Part shown: piece after piece, positions 1 to 9,074 of the stretch
Position numbering within the stretch: the first letter of the stretch is position 1
Layout of the letters: every line of letters starts with the position of its first letter
Sequence record: SRR2962707_983
Direction: 5' to 3' (one strand)
DNA: 34,715 nt
Notes under the pieces: generated by a model
Told to the model about the DNA's origin: nothing
Databases searched by the model: none
The model's input: only the letters and a program-made list of their open reading frames with translations
Program-made: the position numbers and the translations under genes

Positions 1-1
1 G

Positions 2-397
2 TTCAAGCACATGGAGTATTTCTACTTCCATAACTTCGTTTATGAGTATGTCTGGAAGGACAACCGCCGTCGTTGGGACGAGAAAACCGCCACTTGGGAT
101 GTCCTGCACAAGTACGGCAATGATTACAAAGTGATCTTCATCGGTGATGCCGCCATGAGCCCGTACGAGATCAATTCCGCCGGCGGTTCCGTGGAGCACT
201 GGAACGAAGAACCCGGATCGGTCTGGTTCCAACGTATCAAGGACACCTACGAGAAGGTGGTGTGGCTGAACCCCGAGCCGCAAAGGGCCTGGGAGATGAC
301 CACGTCCACCCAGTGGATCAAGCAGCTCACCGAGGACCATATGTACCCGCTGACCCTGGAAGGGCTGGAGCGGGCCATGAAATACCTCAGCAAATAA
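2..397 (+). CDS. VWA domain-containing (CoxE-like) protein, C-terminal part; 5' end lies outside the window
   Basis: Open frame from base 2 to TAA at 395-397. The motifs YFYFHN, VIFIGDAAMSPYEI and VWLNPEP are typical of this VWA family. Confidence 0.75.
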   Translation, partial: FKHMEYFYFHNFVYEYVWKDNRRRWDEKTATWDVLHKYGNDYKVIFIGDAAMSPYEINSAGGSVEHWNEEPGSVWFQRIKDTYEKVVWLNPEPQRAWEMTTSTQWIKQLTEDHMYPLTLEGLERAMKYLSK

Positions 398-405
398 CCT
401 CCCGG

Positions 406-436
406 GGCGCCTCTCCCCCGCCGGGAGAGAGGCGCC
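406..436. terminator. GC-rich hairpin between convergent genes, probable bidirectional terminator
   Basis: GGCGCCTCTC (406-415) and GAGAGGCGCC (427-436) form a perfect 10-bp inverted repeat in the 48-bp gap between two stop codons. The U-tracts are weak. Confidence 0.55.
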
Positions 437-445
437 GGGCTGGTT

Positions 446-1357
446 TCAGGCCGGTTTCGGCTTCTTGTCGGATTTCAGCATGGCGATGCTGGCCAGGACC
501 AGCGCCATGCCCAGCCACTGCACCGGCCCCAGGTGCTCATCCGGAAACACCGTTATTGCCGCCAGTACCGTCACCACCGGCCCGAACATGGACACCACAC
601 CGGCCCGGCTGGTATCGGTGCGGCGAATGCCCTCGAACATGAGGAAGAACGGGACCACGGTGGAAAACACCACCATCACCAGCATCCAGCCGAGCGCGGG
701 TGCGGGCAACCACAGGCTCTGCAACGGCACACCGGGCAACAGGAACACCAGCATCGCCACCAGCGTGAAACTGTTGGAAAGCTGGTTGAAGCGCACCGAC
801 CCCAGCGGTTTCATCAGCGACTGACTGGCCCGCCAGAACAGGGCGTAGCACAGTGCCGCGCCGAAGCCGTAGGCGAGACCGGCCGGGTTTACGGTGCCGC
901 CGTGCCAGCCCGGCATGAGCACCAGAGCAATACCAATCCAGGCGCCGGTGAAGATCAGCAGGGAACGGCCCTCGGGCCAGCGTCGACGCTCCACCGCCTG
1001 CAACACCATGACCATGGCCGGAAACAGATACAGCAACATGCGTGACAGACTGGCGCCCAGGCTTTCGATGGCATGGAAATCACACCAGGCGCTGATAAAG
1101 AACAACAATCCGGTGCCGGCGCACAGAGCCCATTGTTGGTGTCCCAGACCGCCAGCTGGCGCGGGATTGCGACGCAGCAGCCACATCCCGCCAAGCCAGA
1201 ACAGCGGCACGGCCAGGGCAAAGCGCCAAATCAGCAGCGCGTTCACGGAGACACCGTGTTGATAGATCAGCCGGGCGAAAATACCCTTGAAGGCCATGGC
1301 GAAAGTAGCAGCCGCCACCAAGGACAGGCCGGCTTGCCAAAAACCGCGACGAATCAT
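446..1357 (-). CDS. DMT/EamA family transporter
   Basis: 303-aa ORF with about 10 hydrophobic segments in two EamA-like halves (WRFALA, LLYLFP, GPVVT). GGAG lies upstream of the ATG. Confidence 0.85.
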   Translation of the reverse strand: MIRRGFWQAGLSLVAAATFAMAFKGIFARLIYQHGVSVNALLIWRFALAVPLFWLGGMWLLRRNPAPAGGLGHQQWALCAGTGLLFFISAWCDFHAIESLGASLSRMLLYLFPAMVMVLQAVERRRWPEGRSLLIFTGAWIGIALVLMPGWHGGTVNPAGLAYGFGAALCYALFWRASQSLMKPLGSVRFNQLSNSFTLVAMLVFLLPGVPLQSLWLPAPALGWMLVMVVFSTVVPFFLMFEGIRRTDTSRAGVVSMFGPVVTVLAAITVFPDEHLGPVQWLGMALVLASIAMLKSDKKPKPA

Positions 1358-1436
1358 GGGAACTCCATCTTAAACAGGCTCTTAAAGACTGCATGTTCCC
1401 GTCACGCCGCTGGGATATCCAATGAAAAGCAGGATT

Positions 1437-1465
1437 GGCATCCATTCCCAAATAGAATGGATGCC
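1437..1465. promoter_or_regulatory. Perfect 11-bp inverted repeat containing a LysR-type T-N11-A box, upstream of the EamA gene
   Basis: GGCATCCATTC-CCAAATA-GAATGGATGCC, with core ATTC-N7-GAAT. Confidence 0.5.
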
Positions 1466-1488
1466 TTTGGTACCGATAATAAAAAGTA

Positions 1489-2250
1489 TTAGCTGCCCGT
1501 TTCTCCAGGTTTCAAGAATCCTTTCAACAGATCCATGGGCAGCGGAAAGACAATGGTGCTGGAGCGATCGTTGGCCACTTCCGTCAGGGTTTGCAGATAG
1601 CGCAGCTGCAGCGCCTGGGGCTGCTCCGACAGCGTGCGCGCCGCCTCCAGCAACACCTGGGCCGCCTCTTTTTCTCCGTTGGCGTGGATCACCTTGGCGC
1701 GGCGAATCCGTTCGGCTTCAGCCTGTCGTGCGATCACCCGCACCATGGTTTCATCCAGGTCCACATGTTTGATCTCCACATTGGAGACCTTGATGCCCCA
1801 GGAATCGGTCTGCTCATCGAGGATTTCCTGGATGTCGCGATTCAACTCGTCCCGCGATGCCAGCATCTCGTCCAACTCATGTTTGCCCAGCACCGAACGC
1901 AGGGTGGTTTGTGACAGTTGGCTGGTGGCGGCGAAGAAATCCTCCACATTGACCACCGCCTTTTGTGCGTCGATCACGCGGAAATACAACACCGCGTTGA
2001 CCTTCACCGAAACGTTGTCCCGGGAAATCACATCCTGAGTGGGCACATCGAGCACGCGGATACGCAGGTCCACTTTCACCATTTGCTGCACGATGGGGAT
2101 AATCACGATCAGCCCGGGCCCCTTGACCCGGTAGAAGCGGCCAAGCATGAACACCACGCCGCGTTCGTACTCGCGCAGAATCCGAAAGGCGCTGAGCAGA
2201 AAGGCGATCAAAAGGACCGCCAGTGAAATCCAGAAATAGTAGATCGTCAT
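1489..2250 (-). CDS. SPFH/band 7 stomatin-like (slipin) protein
   Basis: N-terminal TM helix, [35 protein letters not shown] and [10 protein letters not shown]. Start reassigned to ATG 2250, which has GGAGG upstream and an ATGA overlap with the nfeD stop. Confidence 0.93.
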   Translation of the reverse strand: MTIYYFWISLAVLLIAFLLSAFRILREYERGVVFMLGRFYRVKGPGLIVIIPIVQQMVKVDLRIRVLDVPTQDVISRDNVSVKVNAVLYFRVIDAQKAVVNVEDFFAATSQLSQTTLRSVLGKHELDEMLASRDELNRDIQEILDEQTDSWGIKVSNVEIKHVDLDETMVRVIARQAEAERIRRAKVIHANGEKEAAQVLLEAARTLSEQPQALQLRYLQTLTEVANDRSSTIVFPLPMDLLKGFLKPGETGS

Positions 2251-3632
2251 GATGCGTCCTCCACATTCAGGGTCAGACCCTTCCGGCCGATGACCCGTAA
2301 TCGTTGGCCCTTGCGCACCGGGGCGGCGGCGCGGGCACGCCACAGCTCGCCATTGATGCGTACCATGCCGAGAAGTTCGAAATCCTGAGCCGCCACCGCC
2401 GACTGGCCAATCAAGGTATCGGCGCCGCTGACCAGAGCCTGGTGCCGGGAGCGAGTAATCAGCCGGATAATGACGCCTACCAAAAGCAAGGATCCGGTGC
2501 CGACGGCGGCGATCACGGGCAATGCGATCTGGAACGCGGGCAGTTCGGTATCCATCAGCATCACCGAACCGATCACGAAAGCGGCCACGCCGCCGATACC
2601 CAACACGCCGAACGAGGGCGACAGGGCTTCCGCCGCGATCAGTCCTATACCCAGCACAATCAACGCCAGGCCAACGTAGCTCACCGGCAACAGATGCAAG
2701 GCGTAGGCGGCCACCAACAGACAGATGCCTCCAAGCACGCCCGCCACGCCGACGCCGGGGCTGGAAAACTCCAGGATCAGGCCGTAGATGCCCACCAATA
2801 ACAGCAGGTAGGCGACACTGGGGTTGGTGATGATCGCCAGAAAGCCGGTGCGCCAGTCCTGCTCGATGTTCCGTACCTGATGGCCGCTCAGCGTCAGGGT
2901 GTGTCGCTGCCCGCGAATTTCGATTTCCCGGCCTTCCAGCCGCGACAACAAGGCGGGCAGGTCATCGGCGATCAGGTCGATGACGTTCTGTTCCAGCGCC
3001 TCCTCGGCGGGCAGGCTGGCGCCCTGGCGTACCGCCTGCTCGGCCCAGTCGGCATTGCGCCCGCGCAGTTCCGCCAGCCCGCGGATATACGCCACGGCGT
3101 CGTTGACCTGTTTATTGCGCAGGGCGGTGGCGCTGTCCGGCGCGGTGCTCTGATCTTCTCCATCGCTGCCGGCGGGATTGCGGGCCGGGGCGCCGCCGCC
3201 CAACTCAACCGGGGTTGCCGCGCCAAGATTGGTGGCCGGCGCCATGGCCGCGATATGGGCGGCGTAGAGTAGATAGGTGCCGGCGCTTGCGGCACGGCTG
3301 CCGGAAGGGGCAACGTGGATGGCCACCGGCACCCGCGAGTCGAGAATGGCGCGAATCATGGCGCGCATGGAGTGGTCCAGGCCGCCAGGTGTGTTCAGCT
3401 GTAGCACGAACAAAGCCGCCGCCTCGTCGTTGGCGTCTTCCAGCGCGCGCACGAACCAGTCGCTGACCGCCGGGCCGATGGCGTCATCCAGGACCATCAC
3501 GCGGACATCAGGTGGTGACGCGGATGCGGCGGAGTGTTGCGCGGAGGGCGATTGAGCGGAAACGGGGAGGGCGATCAGCACGGCCATGGCCAGCGCCAGA
3601 AGCAGGATCAGGAACAACGGCTTACGTGCCAT
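2247..3632 (-). CDS. nfeD: NfeD family membrane-bound serine protease (long form, ClpP-like N-domain)
   Basis: Signal peptide, LNTPGG, RAASAG (putative catalytic Ser), [12 protein letters not shown], a TM block and a C-terminal OB-fold (GELWRA). Lies next to a stomatin gene, the known pairing. Start reassigned to ATG 3632 with GGAGGAG upstream. Confidence 0.92.
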   Translation of the reverse strand: MARKPLFLILLLALAMAVLIALPVSAQSPSAQHSAASASPPDVRVMVLDDAIGPAVSDWFVRALEDANDEAAALFVLQLNTPGGLDHSMRAMIRAILDSRVPVAIHVAPSGSRAASAGTYLLYAAHIAAMAPATNLGAATPVELGGGAPARNPAGSDGEDQSTAPDSATALRNKQVNDAVAYIRGLAELRGRNADWAEQAVRQGASLPAEEALEQNVIDLIADDLPALLSRLEGREIEIRGQRHTLTLSGHQVRNIEQDWRTGFLAIITNPSVAYLLLLVGIYGLILEFSSPGVGVAGVLGGICLLVAAYALHLLPVSYVGLALIVLGIGLIAAEALSPSFGVLGIGGVAAFVIGSVMLMDTELPAFQIALPVIAAVGTGSLLLVGVIIRLITRSRHQALVSGADTLIGQSAVAAQDFELLGMVRINGELWRARAAAPVRKGQRLRVIGRKGLTLNVEDAS

Positions 3633-3800
3633 GGTTCTCCTCCCGTTGAGGGCGAGGCCCGCCGGACCGGCGCGGCCCTGTATCCATGTAAACGCAAACC
3701 GTTGCCGAGTACCAGCGCTTTGCACGCTGGGCGGTTTTGATCTCAGGTTTCTTTTTAAATCAATTAATTACCATGAAAAATTAAAGTAAATACTTCGCCG

Positions 3801-4574
3801 CTAGGCTGGCACGTTGACCGTCTTGTTCCAGTCAAACCCGGAGGTTTCACCGCGGTAGCCGGACTGATTGGAGATCAAGAGCCCTTCGCCCACCGGCAGA
3901 TCCAGCGACAGATGGGTATGGCCATGAATCCACAGATCCACCAGACCGATACGGTCTTCCAGCCGGGAGAAGAAAGCGCCGTCCAGCGGTCCGGGTGAGA
4001 AGACCGGATGGCAACAGACGCCGGCGGGGCCGTGATGGCTGATCACCACGGTGGGACCGTCAAAGGGTTCGGCGATGCGCCGGTCCAGCCATTCAATGGC
4101 GGCCTGGTGCAGGGCGAGTGCGTGTTCCGGGAGAAACGGCACGCCTTCAATGGTGATCAATTGATGGTCTGGCATGCGTTGCGCGGCCAGCGCCATCGGC
4201 TCGTCCCGGCTTTCGCCGTCATAGGCCAGATAATCGGTCCACAGGGTGCAGCCGAGGAAGCGAACGCCGCCGATCACCGTCTGATCCCGGTCCAGTACCT
4301 GGACCCGGGTCCCTTCCGCGCGCTGGCGCATGGCGGCCAGATTATCCTGGATGTCGTGGCGGTAATATTCGTGGTTGCCCGGCACATAAAGCACCGGTTT
4401 GTCGTGCTTTTCGGATTGCTCCACGGCCCACTGCACACCGCGGTCGCCGGTGTCGATATCGCCGGCGAGAACAATCAGGTCGGCGTCGGTCTCGGGGATG
4501 TCGGGAATCGCCACCGGTGGCTCGGCACGACGGTACAGCTCGTTATGCAGATCGCTGAGAGGATGGATGATCAC
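3801..4574 (-). CDS. Calcineurin-like metallophosphoesterase
   Basis: SDLH, LAGD, GNHEYY, SHH and HGHTH metal-binding motifs. GTG start. Confidence 0.88.
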   Translation of the reverse strand: MIIHPLSDLHNELYRRAEPPVAIPDIPETDADLIVLAGDIDTGDRGVQWAVEQSEKHDKPVLYVPGNHEYYRHDIQDNLAAMRQRAEGTRVQVLDRDQTVIGGVRFLGCTLWTDYLAYDGESRDEPMALAAQRMPDHQLITIEGVPFLPEHALALHQAAIEWLDRRIAEPFDGPTVVISHHGPAGVCCHPVFSPGPLDGAFFSRLEDRIGLVDLWIHGHTHLSLDLPVGEGLLISNQSGYRGETSGFDWNKTVNVPA

Positions 4575-4778
4575 GATACTTCCTTGCTCCGGCAGGATGG
4601 TATGGGGTTCTTAAGCATAGCTGTTCCCTACGGTAAGGTCAGCCGTCGACACCGATGCCTTATTACGGCGATACACACTGAGGGGCTTTCGGTGTAACGT
4701 CTCATGACCCGCAAATACACATCCCATTACACGACGGGATTGCCGAACAAGAAATCCGGAGAGCACCGGGAGAAGGTC

Positions 4779-5783
4779 ATGGACCATCAGGCGGTATATC
4801 GACATAACCACGCCACCCGTCGCAAGATTCACGACATTTTCACCCGTGAGGAGATGGCGGCACTCACCGCCCGCTCCGATGCCATGGGCGCTTGGGCGAT
4901 CGCCTCCACCTGGGCCGCTATCGCCGGCTGTTTCTGGGTGATGGCTTGGGCTCAGAGGTGGGAACCATGGCTGCAGATACCGGTATTGATACTGGCGACG
5001 GCTCTGCTGGGCGGCCGGCAACTGGCCTTGTCCATTCTCACCCACGAAGCCACCCACAAGACGCTGTTTCAGCGCCGTTGGGCCAATGAAGGTCTCACCG
5101 ACTGGTTGTGCGCCAAGCCGTTGGGACTCAATCTGGCCAAATACCGGGCCCACCATTTCATCCATCACGCCAGGACCGGTACCGATGAGGACGCGGACAT
5201 TTCGCTGATCGAGCATTTGCCCACCACCCGCCGCTCTCTGATGCGCAAGTTCCTGCGTGACCTGACCGGCCTCACCGGTCTCAAGTTTCTGCTCGGCCGC
5301 GCGTTGATGGACGCCGAACGGATGGAATGGACCGTGGCCACCAATGTGGAATGGCTGCCGAAGCGCGGCTTTGTCTGGCACCTGTGGGCGTGGCTGCGCA
5401 ACAGTTTGCCGACGATGATCAGCAATCTGCTGCTGTTTGCCGCGCTTTACCTCTGTGGCTATCCGCAATTGTTTCTCGGCTGGGTCATGGCTTACCTGAT
5501 TCCCTATCCCTTGTTTATCCGCATTCGCGCGCTTGCCGAACACGCCGGTACCGAACGCTGTGCCGACATGTTCCGCAATACCCGCACCACCCGGGCCGGC
5601 TGGCTGGCACGTCTGTTCGTGGCGCCGTTCCGGGTCAACTATCACCTGGAGCATCATGCCATGGCCTCGGTGCCCTGGTTCCGCCTGCCAGCCATGCACC
5701 GCATGCTGCGGGAACGGCAAGTGGTACCGGCGCCGCCGGGGTACTGGCGGGTGCTGGACATCGTTTCGTCGGCACCGGCGTGA
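4779..5783 (+). CDS. Membrane fatty acid desaturase/hydroxylase family protein
   Basis: Three His boxes (HEATH, HFIHH, HLEHH) plus TM segments. Start ATG 4779 is preferred over 4704. Confidence 0.85.
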   Translation: MDHQAVYRHNHATRRKIHDIFTREEMAALTARSDAMGAWAIASTWAAIAGCFWVMAWAQRWEPWLQIPVLILATALLGGRQLALSILTHEATHKTLFQRRWANEGLTDWLCAKPLGLNLAKYRAHHFIHHARTGTDEDADISLIEHLPTTRRSLMRKFLRDLTGLTGLKFLLGRALMDAERMEWTVATNVEWLPKRGFVWHLWAWLRNSLPTMISNLLLFAALYLCGYPQLFLGWVMAYLIPYPLFIRIRALAEHAGTERCADMFRNTRTTRAGWLARLFVAPFRVNYHLEHHAMASVPWFRLPAMHRMLRERQVVPAPPGYWRVLDIVSSAPA

Positions 5784-5790
5784 GTGCCAC

Positions 5791-6978
5791 TCAGGAGCCC
5801 TTCAGGCCCGGACGCAACAGCGCCACGTATGCCAGCAAGGCCAACAACACCAGTGCCATGCTGTACAACGGAAAGGTGATGCTCTGGCCATCGTGCAAAG
5901 CCGCCATGCCTTGAGTAACGGCGGCTACCACGGCGTAATAGGCGAGCCCCATTACGGCTCCGGCGGTTCCGAGCGCATCATGGTACCGCTCCAGTGCCCG
6001 GTGCAGACAGACGGTGGTGGTCAGGGTGAAACCGGTGAATAGCAGGGCGGCGAAGGCGATGAACGGAACCAGGGCAAAGTCCCGCGTTGACAGACCGGCG
6101 ACACCGGCCAGGCCGCCGGCAGCGAGCAACATCCCGATCAGCCCCAGCCGGATGAGCGCGCCGCTTTCCCAGCCTTTCCAGCCCAAATAACGCAGGATTA
6201 TGGCGCCGACCACGCTGCCACTCACTACCCAGAGTCCAGTCAGACCGTACTCCGCGGGCGTCAGCCCCCCGCTTTGAATCAACAAAAACGGGGCTTCCCC
6301 GTGGTAACTGAACAGCACGCCGTTGGCGATTCCGATAACCGCCACCATGCCGGCAATAAAGCGATCACCCAGCATGCGCCGGACAACAGGCAGCAGCGCT
6401 GGCGTCGGCCCGCCGCCGGTCTCCGGCAAGGCGCGCCAGACCGCCAGCCACAGGACCAACCCCATCATCAGCAGCAGTGTCAGTGCGGCCCGCCAGCCCC
6501 ACAAGGTGGTTACCATGCCGCCCAGCAAAGGGCCTATTGCGGTGGGCAGCGGAATCAGCATGCCGATCGTGGCAAATACCCGCACCCGATCTTCGCCCTG
6601 GAACGCTTCCCGGCACACCGCCTGGATCACCACCGAACAGGCGGCAGCCCCGAACGCTTGCACCGCGCGTCCCGCGCGCAGCATGGCCAGTCCTTCTGCA
6701 CCAACGCACAGCCAACTGCCCGCCGCGTAGACCGCAAGAGCAGCAAGCAGGGCGGGGCGGCGTCCCCAGCGGTCACTGAACCGACCCCACACCAAAACAC
6801 CAAGTGCGAAACCGAGAAAGAAGACGCTTAGGGAGGCCTGCGCCTGACTTTCGCTGATGGCAAGTCCCGCGGCCAGATCCGCCAGCGCGGGGGTGTAGAT
6901 GGTTTCGCCGATCTGCGGCAGTGTCACAAGAGCGGCGAGCAGAATCACCGAGGGTGGGGGAAATCGTGTAGGGGACAT
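5791..6978 (-). CDS. Bcr/CflA-family multidrug efflux MFS transporter
   Basis: ETIYTPAL, MFS motif A (GRFSDRWGRRP), GPLLGG, WGWR and LPET, with about 12 TM segments. Start ATG 6978 with GGAGG upstream. Confidence 0.9.
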   Translation of the reverse strand: MSPTRFPPPSVILLAALVTLPQIGETIYTPALADLAAGLAISESQAQASLSVFFLGFALGVLVWGRFSDRWGRRPALLAALAVYAAGSWLCVGAEGLAMLRAGRAVQAFGAAACSVVIQAVCREAFQGEDRVRVFATIGMLIPLPTAIGPLLGGMVTTLWGWRAALTLLLMMGLVLWLAVWRALPETGGGPTPALLPVVRRMLGDRFIAGMVAVIGIANGVLFSYHGEAPFLLIQSGGLTPAEYGLTGLWVVSGSVVGAIILRYLGWKGWESGALIRLGLIGMLLAAGGLAGVAGLSTRDFALVPFIAFAALLFTGFTLTTTVCLHRALERYHDALGTAGAVMGLAYYAVVAAVTQGMAALHDGQSITFPLYSMALVLLALLAYVALLRPGLKGS

Positions 6979-7056
6979 GGGGCCTCCGTTCAGCTTGGTG
7001 GGCAAGATTAGGAGGCCCGGGGTGTTGATGGAATGTGCTTTAATGGAATCCTTTCT

Positions 7057-7069
7057 TAATCAGAAGTTA
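7057..7069. promoter_or_regulatory. LysR T-N11-A box between divergent MFS and LysR genes
   Basis: TAA-TCAGAAG-TTA dyad 7 bp upstream of the LysR start, in an AT-rich intergenic region. Confidence 0.5.
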
Positions 7070-7076
7070 CGAATTA

Positions 7077-7973
7077 ATGAAGGCCAGACTGGACCACATG
7101 AGCACCTTCCTGAGCGTGTGCGACAACGGCAGTATTGCCGCGGCCGCCCGTGCGCTCGGATTGTCCGCGCTGGCGGTCAGCAAACAGTTGTCCGCTTTGG
7201 AGCAGTCCCTTGAGGTTGTCCTGCTTGAGAGAACCACCCGCCGCATGGTCCTGACTCCGGCCGGCAGAACCTTTCAGGAGCACGCCGTGGCCACGTTACG
7301 ACTGCTCGACGACGCGGAAAGAAATTGCCTCTCGCGAATCAAAGGCGAACCTTCAGGAACCTTGAGAGTGGTGGCCGCCCGTTGGCTGACGAAGACGTCT
7401 TTGTTACCACACCTGGACGAATTCGTGCGCCGCTACCCGGCAATTGATCTGGAATTGGAACTGGCCGAGCGCTTCCCGGATCTGGAGCAGGAAAACGTCG
7501 ATCTGATCTTCGCCATGTCGATGGCGGGCAGCAACGGCATGGTACGGCGAAGTCTTGGCAAGACCGCCTATTGGCTTTGCGCCTCGCCGGACTACATAGA
7601 GCGCCACGGCATGCCTGAAACACCGGAGCAATTGGCGGAACACCGGCTCATTACCCATGCCATGCGGCATCCGCCGGATCGTGTCTGGCTGTGGGGTAGT
7701 CGCCAAGTGGTTATGCGGCCGGCGCTGCGGCTCAACGACACCGAGGCAATGATCGAAGCCGTGAAACAGGGGCTTGGCCTGGCCTGGTTGCATCACTATA
7801 TGGTGCTGGAAGCAATAGAGGCCGGACACTTGTGCCGGCTGCGGTCCGAGTGGGAACAACCACCGATTGATGTGGCCTTGTTCTATCGGGCCAGCGGCCG
7901 GGCCCTGCCGGCGCTGCGTCATTTCATCGATTTCGCGGTGAGCCACTGTCGCCTGCCGCCACTCCCGACTTAG
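7077..7973 (+). CDS. LysR family regulator (CrgA-like), divergent from the MFS gene
   Basis: N-terminal HTH (GSIAAAARALG..AVSKQLSALE, LLERTTR) and a substrate-binding domain (GTLRV, ASPDY). Confidence 0.92.
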   Translation: MKARLDHMSTFLSVCDNGSIAAAARALGLSALAVSKQLSALEQSLEVVLLERTTRRMVLTPAGRTFQEHAVATLRLLDDAERNCLSRIKGEPSGTLRVVAARWLTKTSLLPHLDEFVRRYPAIDLELELAERFPDLEQENVDLIFAMSMAGSNGMVRRSLGKTAYWLCASPDYIERHGMPETPEQLAEHRLITHAMRHPPDRVWLWGSRQVVMRPALRLNDTEAMIEAVKQGLGLAWLHHYMVLEAIEAGHLCRLRSEWEQPPIDVALFYRASGRALPALRHFIDFAVSHCRLPPLPT

Positions 7974-8062
7974 CATTCCTGACCTGGCATTTCCGACATA
8001 GACTCGACAAAAGCGGAACAACAGGCGCAGTCTTGGCGGATGTTTTCCCATGAGAGAAAGGA

Positions 8063-8986
8063 ATGACAGCCCCTCTTTATCGCCTGCCGCCAATGGACGC
8101 GCTGCGCGGTTTCGTCGCCGTGGCCCGCAGAATGAGCATCACCGTGGCGGCGGAGGATTTGCACCTGACCCAATCGGCGGTCAGCCGCCAGATCCAGACC
8201 CTGGAAGCTCGCCTGGGCTGCAAATTGCTGGTCCGGGAATACCGTGGCGTCAGACTGACCGAGGAAGGCCGGCGGCTGTTCCAATCGGTGGACCCGATGA
8301 TGCGGGAACTGCAGGAGTTGGTGGAAACGCTGGGTGGCGGTGAACAGCGCAAGCCGGTCACCATTACCGCCAGTATGGGGGTGGTGGGGCTGTGGCTACT
8401 GCCGCGACTTGGCGATTTCATCACGCGCCACCCGGAGGTGGATGTGCGTGTGGCCGCCAACAACAGAGTCGTGGATCTGGACACCGAGGGCGTTGATCTG
8501 GCGATTCGTTACTGTGCACGCTCCGCGGCTCCGGAGGGCGCGATCAAGCTGTTCGGCGATGAAATTATCGTGGTCGGGCACCCGGACTGGCGGAATGACG
8601 CCCTGAACCAGCCGGAAGTGTTCGCCCGTCAGGTGCTATTGGAGTTCGATGATCCTGACCATCCCTGGCTGCAGTGGTCATCCCATCTCGGCAGCACCGG
8701 ACTGAACCATTTGCGCCCGGCGCGGTTGGTACGTTTCAACCAGTACGACCAATTGATTCAGGCGGCGGTGAACGGTCAGGGGCTGGCGCTGGGACGACGG
8801 GCGCTGGTGGCGGATTTGATCAGGGAAGGGCGCTTACAAGTCTTCGATTTTGGCGTGGGAACGTGGTCCGGCCCTCCAGCCCAAAAATACGCCCACTGGC
8901 TGATCCAGGCATCGGCGTCGCCGTCCGCCTCGGTGCGTGCATTGGCGGAATGGCTGGTGTCCCAGGCGGCATTAAGCCATGAGTAA
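8063..8986 (+). CDS. LysR family regulator (GcvA-like)
   Basis: RLPPMDALRGF, LHLTQSAVSRQIQTLE, WLLPRL, DLAIRY and QAAVNGQGLALGR. Confidence 0.93.
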   Translation: MTAPLYRLPPMDALRGFVAVARRMSITVAAEDLHLTQSAVSRQIQTLEARLGCKLLVREYRGVRLTEEGRRLFQSVDPMMRELQELVETLGGGEQRKPVTITASMGVVGLWLLPRLGDFITRHPEVDVRVAANNRVVDLDTEGVDLAIRYCARSAAPEGAIKLFGDEIIVVGHPDWRNDALNQPEVFARQVLLEFDDPDHPWLQWSSHLGSTGLNHLRPARLVRFNQYDQLIQAAVNGQGLALGRRALVADLIREGRLQVFDFGVGTWSGPPAQKYAHWLIQASASPSASVRALAEWLVSQAALSHE

Positions 8987-8994
8987 AATGCATG
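8978..8994. promoter_or_regulatory. LysR-type box overlapping the regulator stop codon, upstream of the CmcJ-like gene
   Basis: CATG-AGTAAAATG-CATG dyad (T8980-N11-A8992). A 13/17-identical copy at 8049-8065 overlaps the regulator start codon. Confidence 0.55.
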
Positions 8995-9074
8995 TCATGG
9001 TTGCAAAATGATCGTTTGAGCCGCGTGCCTTTGAAGCCTTCAATGGAAATCTCATCCAGACGGAGGCGCAGCGT

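Noticed and set aside
3737-3763. TTGAT and ATCAA half-sites in the AT-rich region upstream of nfeD, as a possible FNR box
   Set aside because: The half-sites are 17 bp apart instead of 4, and each lacks a good partner. This is more likely ordinary AT-rich promoter DNA.
4611-5720. 369-aa minus-strand ORF
   Set aside because: Antisense shadow of the desaturase gene, which has clear His-box motifs. No recognisable domain.
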